Below, piece after piece: positions 60,190 to 64,000 of a DNA stretch of 64,000 nucleotides. This stretch comes from Eutreptiella sp. 'Long Island Sound 2002' (taxonomy: Eukaryota > Protista > Euglenida): NCBI GenBank assembly GCA_964036045.1, contig OZ038379.1, forward strand, positions 24,738,001-24,802,000, in the 5' to 3' direction. Below the pieces are notes generated by a model, which saw only the letters and a program-made list of their open reading frames with translations, did no database searches and was not told the DNA's origin. The stretch's first letter is position 1. Each line of letters begins with the position of its first letter. The position numbers and the translations under genes are program-made.

Positions 60190-62100
60190 CATCTCATAGA
60201 AGGCAACTACAAACCAGGTCCGGCCTCCCCCTGAATTGGTTCAACAAAAGCCACCAATGCATACACAATCTACCCACAGTGACAACCATGGCTGAACATT
60301 TAGCTAGACACCACGTGCCTCGTGTGTGGAGACGCCCTACAGGTGGCATGCCTTGTACAATGCCACTAGGAATAGGACTTCCAGCAAAGGCCATCCAACC
60401 ATTAATTGCGTGGCTGTCCTCAACTTGGGAGGCAACAACAATAGCACCAGCTAGAACACATACCCACACCAAGATGTTGTCCCGGAACTGACACATGATG
60501 ACCTTGCCCAATAGAGTGTGCCATAGGGGCCAGCCCTCAAGGTTGATCTCCAGCCGACCTAGTCAGTGAAACTACTTCTTGTGTTGGTATGCACTCCAGA
60601 CTGAGTGGAGATCCCCTTGAGCGGAAAAGGACCCTCCCATTGGGATACAATTAGTCTGTCTCCAGACCCTCCCTACCCCGTAACAGCCATTGTTGGAAGT
60701 GAGGTCCTAACACACTACAGCGGTGAGATCCTCATGTGACACAAACTTGAAACCTTGACTCGTGGCCCTGCCTGCCCTATCCAAACGGGAATGTGTGTGG
60801 TGCACACTCCAATTGAGTTCTAAAGCCTTGCCGCGACAACGACAAGCCAACTAGGCAGTACACGTGGTCAAATGCTCAACAACAGTTTGGGGTGGGATGT
60901 TGTTAAACTGCTCTTTGCGGTCTAACTCGCAGATTGCTGTCATACCTTGTTGCACACTCTAATGAAACCAAGCTGCCATATCTGTCACACACAGGCGTAA
61001 AAAGCTCATGAGTATTTCAGAGACTAGGTACTGCAGTAGTCGAGTAAATGCTCGAGCATGGACTTTCAATTTAGACTTAGTGATCATGGGTTCCGGTGTT
61101 GCTGCTGCTATCGGGCGGCAGAGCCAGCCTTTCCCTACTCATAGGCCTTTGGCCTTCGCGATCAAATACATCCGAGTGATCGTGGCCTTGGTGTTTAGGG
61201 GACATCCCAACCCACTTGTGTTGGAGGAAGCTTGCTTCATGTACCCGGGTACCGTGTGTTGCGCGCGCGCATAGCCTCCCTCCTGCAAAAATCAGATTGT
61301 GGAATCCCATACCCACTGCTTGCAGAAGCCCCACAGCTGCCCTGCACCCTTTTCCATCACTCAGACTACAAAATCTTGGGACAGTGCTTTGGCTACCGAC
61401 TTTAGCTTGGCCAGTAGTGCCCTTGTTTCAGTGTACATGTCAGGGCACAGCTTGGACATATCCGGACCCTTGCCTCTCACAGTGTGCGCAAAGGCAGTGA
61501 TTCCCTGGTGTGCGGCTTTCCGTGAAACCCTGCTTGGTACTAGTAACAGGTCTCTTGGTCTCAATGGTCGCCCCTAGTCATCTTTGAGTGTAACGGGAAT
61601 GATGGCTACATGTCCCTTAGTATCAGCTAGGGTGCCATACTATCGGATTGTCTGTAGCTTTGATTTACAGGTGCATGGGGGGCGTGTAGCAGACCAATCT
61701 TGTGCCGTGGCATGTTTATTAAAAACAGACTAGACTGTGTGTGGGTTGGCTCGCACTACGCACACAACGCGCTTGACTGCCTATTTTTCCTAGGCTTTTA
61801 GGCTTGCACTGCGCAGAACCCCATACATCAGACGATATACATCAGTCGTCTGTTCTGGCGTGAGGTTTCGCACCACGTCTAATGCCCCCAAGAGTAGTGG
61901 AATGTTGAGGGAGGCGGACAGTTCGGTCAGTCCCCCCCGCATGGCCGCGACACGCGGATAATCTTTGTCATCTTGCGCCTATTTTCGTTCCTTGAGAATA
62001 CGGAGGACTTTCCAATTTGACCACCGACTAGGCTTTTGTTCTGGGTCTTGACTAACTCTCGACACCACGTCATTCACAGCCCAGCGCACATACACATACA
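60190..62100 (-). mobile_element. Penelope-like retroelement relic (copy B)
   Basis: N-terminal FNKHATAQDWSATRPPCTC, then MYLIAKAKG...CRPIAAA, ELDRKEQFNNIP (motif A), IPMGGSFSAQGDLH (B) and CQFRDNILV (C). Several stops. Confidence 0.75.
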
Positions 62101-62549
62101 CATGCACATACAAAGTTCATGAGGAGTTTCTCCAAACACTCTTCTTTGCTTTATTCTTGTCTCACGGTTCTCAATGTGCGTGTGTGTGTGTGTGTGTGAC
62201 TATCCGTGCTTGCTAAGGATAGGTGCATGTAGGCAGATTTACATGTGTGTGTATGTGCATATGTGTGTATGTGTATATGTATATGTCCCGGACGTCCTTT
62301 GGTCTACCGAAGAAAGCATAGTGCACAGTGCAATGCTTTGCGGGCGGATATTCTTCGCCAGACCTGAAAAAATCCACGGAGGAGTTCGTGTCCTGAATTA
62401 CCCGTGCCATGCTGAATAATTGGAAATTGTGTTAGGTGCTTCCATCCAACCACACACACACAAGAAAATTCACAATGTGGGCTGAGAGTTATGGCTTGGT
62501 GCAAGCCCGAAGGAGGTGAATGTTGGTGCACCACGCCGGGGCGTAGCCC

Positions 62550-63925
62550 TCAGGCTGAAAAACCAGCGGGGTGATGGTGTCGGTGTAAGTCCGCTGGTGC
62601 CATTTTGCATTGCTGTGGAGTTAGTGGAGCAGTTGGGTTGCCATGCGATGCCGTGCCCACTGCTAGTGATGGGCAATGGCTTACACCGCCCGCATTGTGT
62701 TTTCGGCGCTTCCACGGAGAAGCCGAATACACACAGCGCACTGCTTTGTGCTGTGCCCTCATGACCACCATGCGTGCGTAATCGCTTCCCATGGCGACCT
62801 GTGCCACCGCCAGGGCTGTCAAAATTGTGCTGCCCATGTTGTTTGCCACGGGAGGGCGGCTGTTAGGCTACTAACCATTCGCTGGGAGCTCTGTGTGGGG
62901 TAATGAGGGGTTTCCCGTAGCGGAGGGACCAGTCGGGGTTCAGGGTGAAGGGGTGTGTGGAGCTCAGGCCAACGCCGTAACAGCACTGCTCCCCTGCATC
63001 CAAGCAGTTGCACAGGCCCTCCAGGTCCGAAAATCTCTGACAGCGTATCACATACCTCCTGTATCATCGAGGTGCTGGCACCCGGGTTAAGGTTTGTGGC
63101 AAGCAGAATGTTGTCATGAAACTGGCTGAGACTGAACCATACAGCGCACATAGTCCAAAAAATGCACCCTTCCACGGAAACATTCACTGTCCCCCAATTT
63201 CGTAACCACTTCCCGCCTTCTTAACATTCCATAGTGTGTGGAGATCTGCGCTTTGCGCTGAGAAGGGCCCTCCCATTGGTATGCTGGTCGTGCGACTCCA
63301 TATCGTACCAACTGCTTGCAGCACATTGTTACAGAGAAGTTCAAATTTCAGCAGGCCTGTGAGGAGGTCATGTGACATAGTCCAGAATTTGTCACTGTTA
63401 GCAACCACGCCTGATCCAATTTTGGTGTGTCCTGGTTGATGGACCATTGCGGATTGACTTGGCGCCATTTCCGTTTCTTGTGCAACCAGCGTGACGTCGC
63501 AGAAAAAGATTGAATTATAGCCTTTCGTGGGATGTTACCAAATTGGTTCTTGCAGTCCATTCCCGGGATGGAGCGAGCTCCCTTATCGGCACCCAATTGG
63601 AACCACCTAGACACCTGTGTGATGTCTGCACACTGAAAATGATGTGAAATCTCTGCCTTTGAATGCAGGTGAAGGAAAGGGCAGGTAGCCGCAGCACTGG
63701 GGCTGGGGAGGCCGAAATGCCCCGGAATACCCATTTCTCTGTGCGCAGGGACTTTGCCTTTGCAAGCACATACAACACACATAGCTTGCCACAATCACTA
63801 TGTGTCGGTTCCATATCCCCTACCACGTTGGAGATTGCCTGGTCCCATTGCGCGTGCAACCACTGTGTGTCCAAAAACTTTGCAGTCACCAACACACGCG
63901 CGCGCGCGCACACACACACACACAC
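62550..63925 (-). mobile_element. Penelope-like reverse transcriptase relic (copy A)
   Basis: LYVLAKAKS...FRGISAS, MDCKNQFGNIP, IPMGGPFSAQSADLH and SQFHDNILLA, across frameshifts. Confidence 0.75.
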
Positions 63926-64000
63926 ACAAACGATACATACACAAAGTGGGGGCAGCGAACAAAAGTGCAGTGGGAATATTCTTCAGACTTATGCAGCAAG

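Overview
Eukaryotic, transposon-dense genomic DNA. It is probably euglenozoan (inferred from TTAGGG tracts, short GT-AG introns and a retroelement with VIPER/TATE gene order). The only recognisable host gene is three minus-strand exons of a CEP104-like protein (55766-58569); almost everything else is mobile DNA or tandem repeat. The most unusual part is about 11.0-26.7 kb. It holds a decayed DDE transposase (RAG1/Transib/DUF6589-like motifs) followed by a multi-exon gene with a ParB/Srx-like N-terminal motif. A 16-24 bp palindrome (core GCGCGAGGCCTCGCGC) occurs repeatedly there, and by eye nowhere else in the window, including in the middle of short GT-AG introns. A second, diverged transposase relic shares a much better conserved upstream block. 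A pogo element (DD49D) is nested in this region. Also present: three Penelope-like RT relics all with D-N instead of D-D in motif C, a gag-YR-RT-RNaseH retrotransposon with split direct repeats, Ty3/gypsy relics, two TA-flanked MITEs and several minisatellites. All family assignments come from motifs read by eye; no database searches were run.
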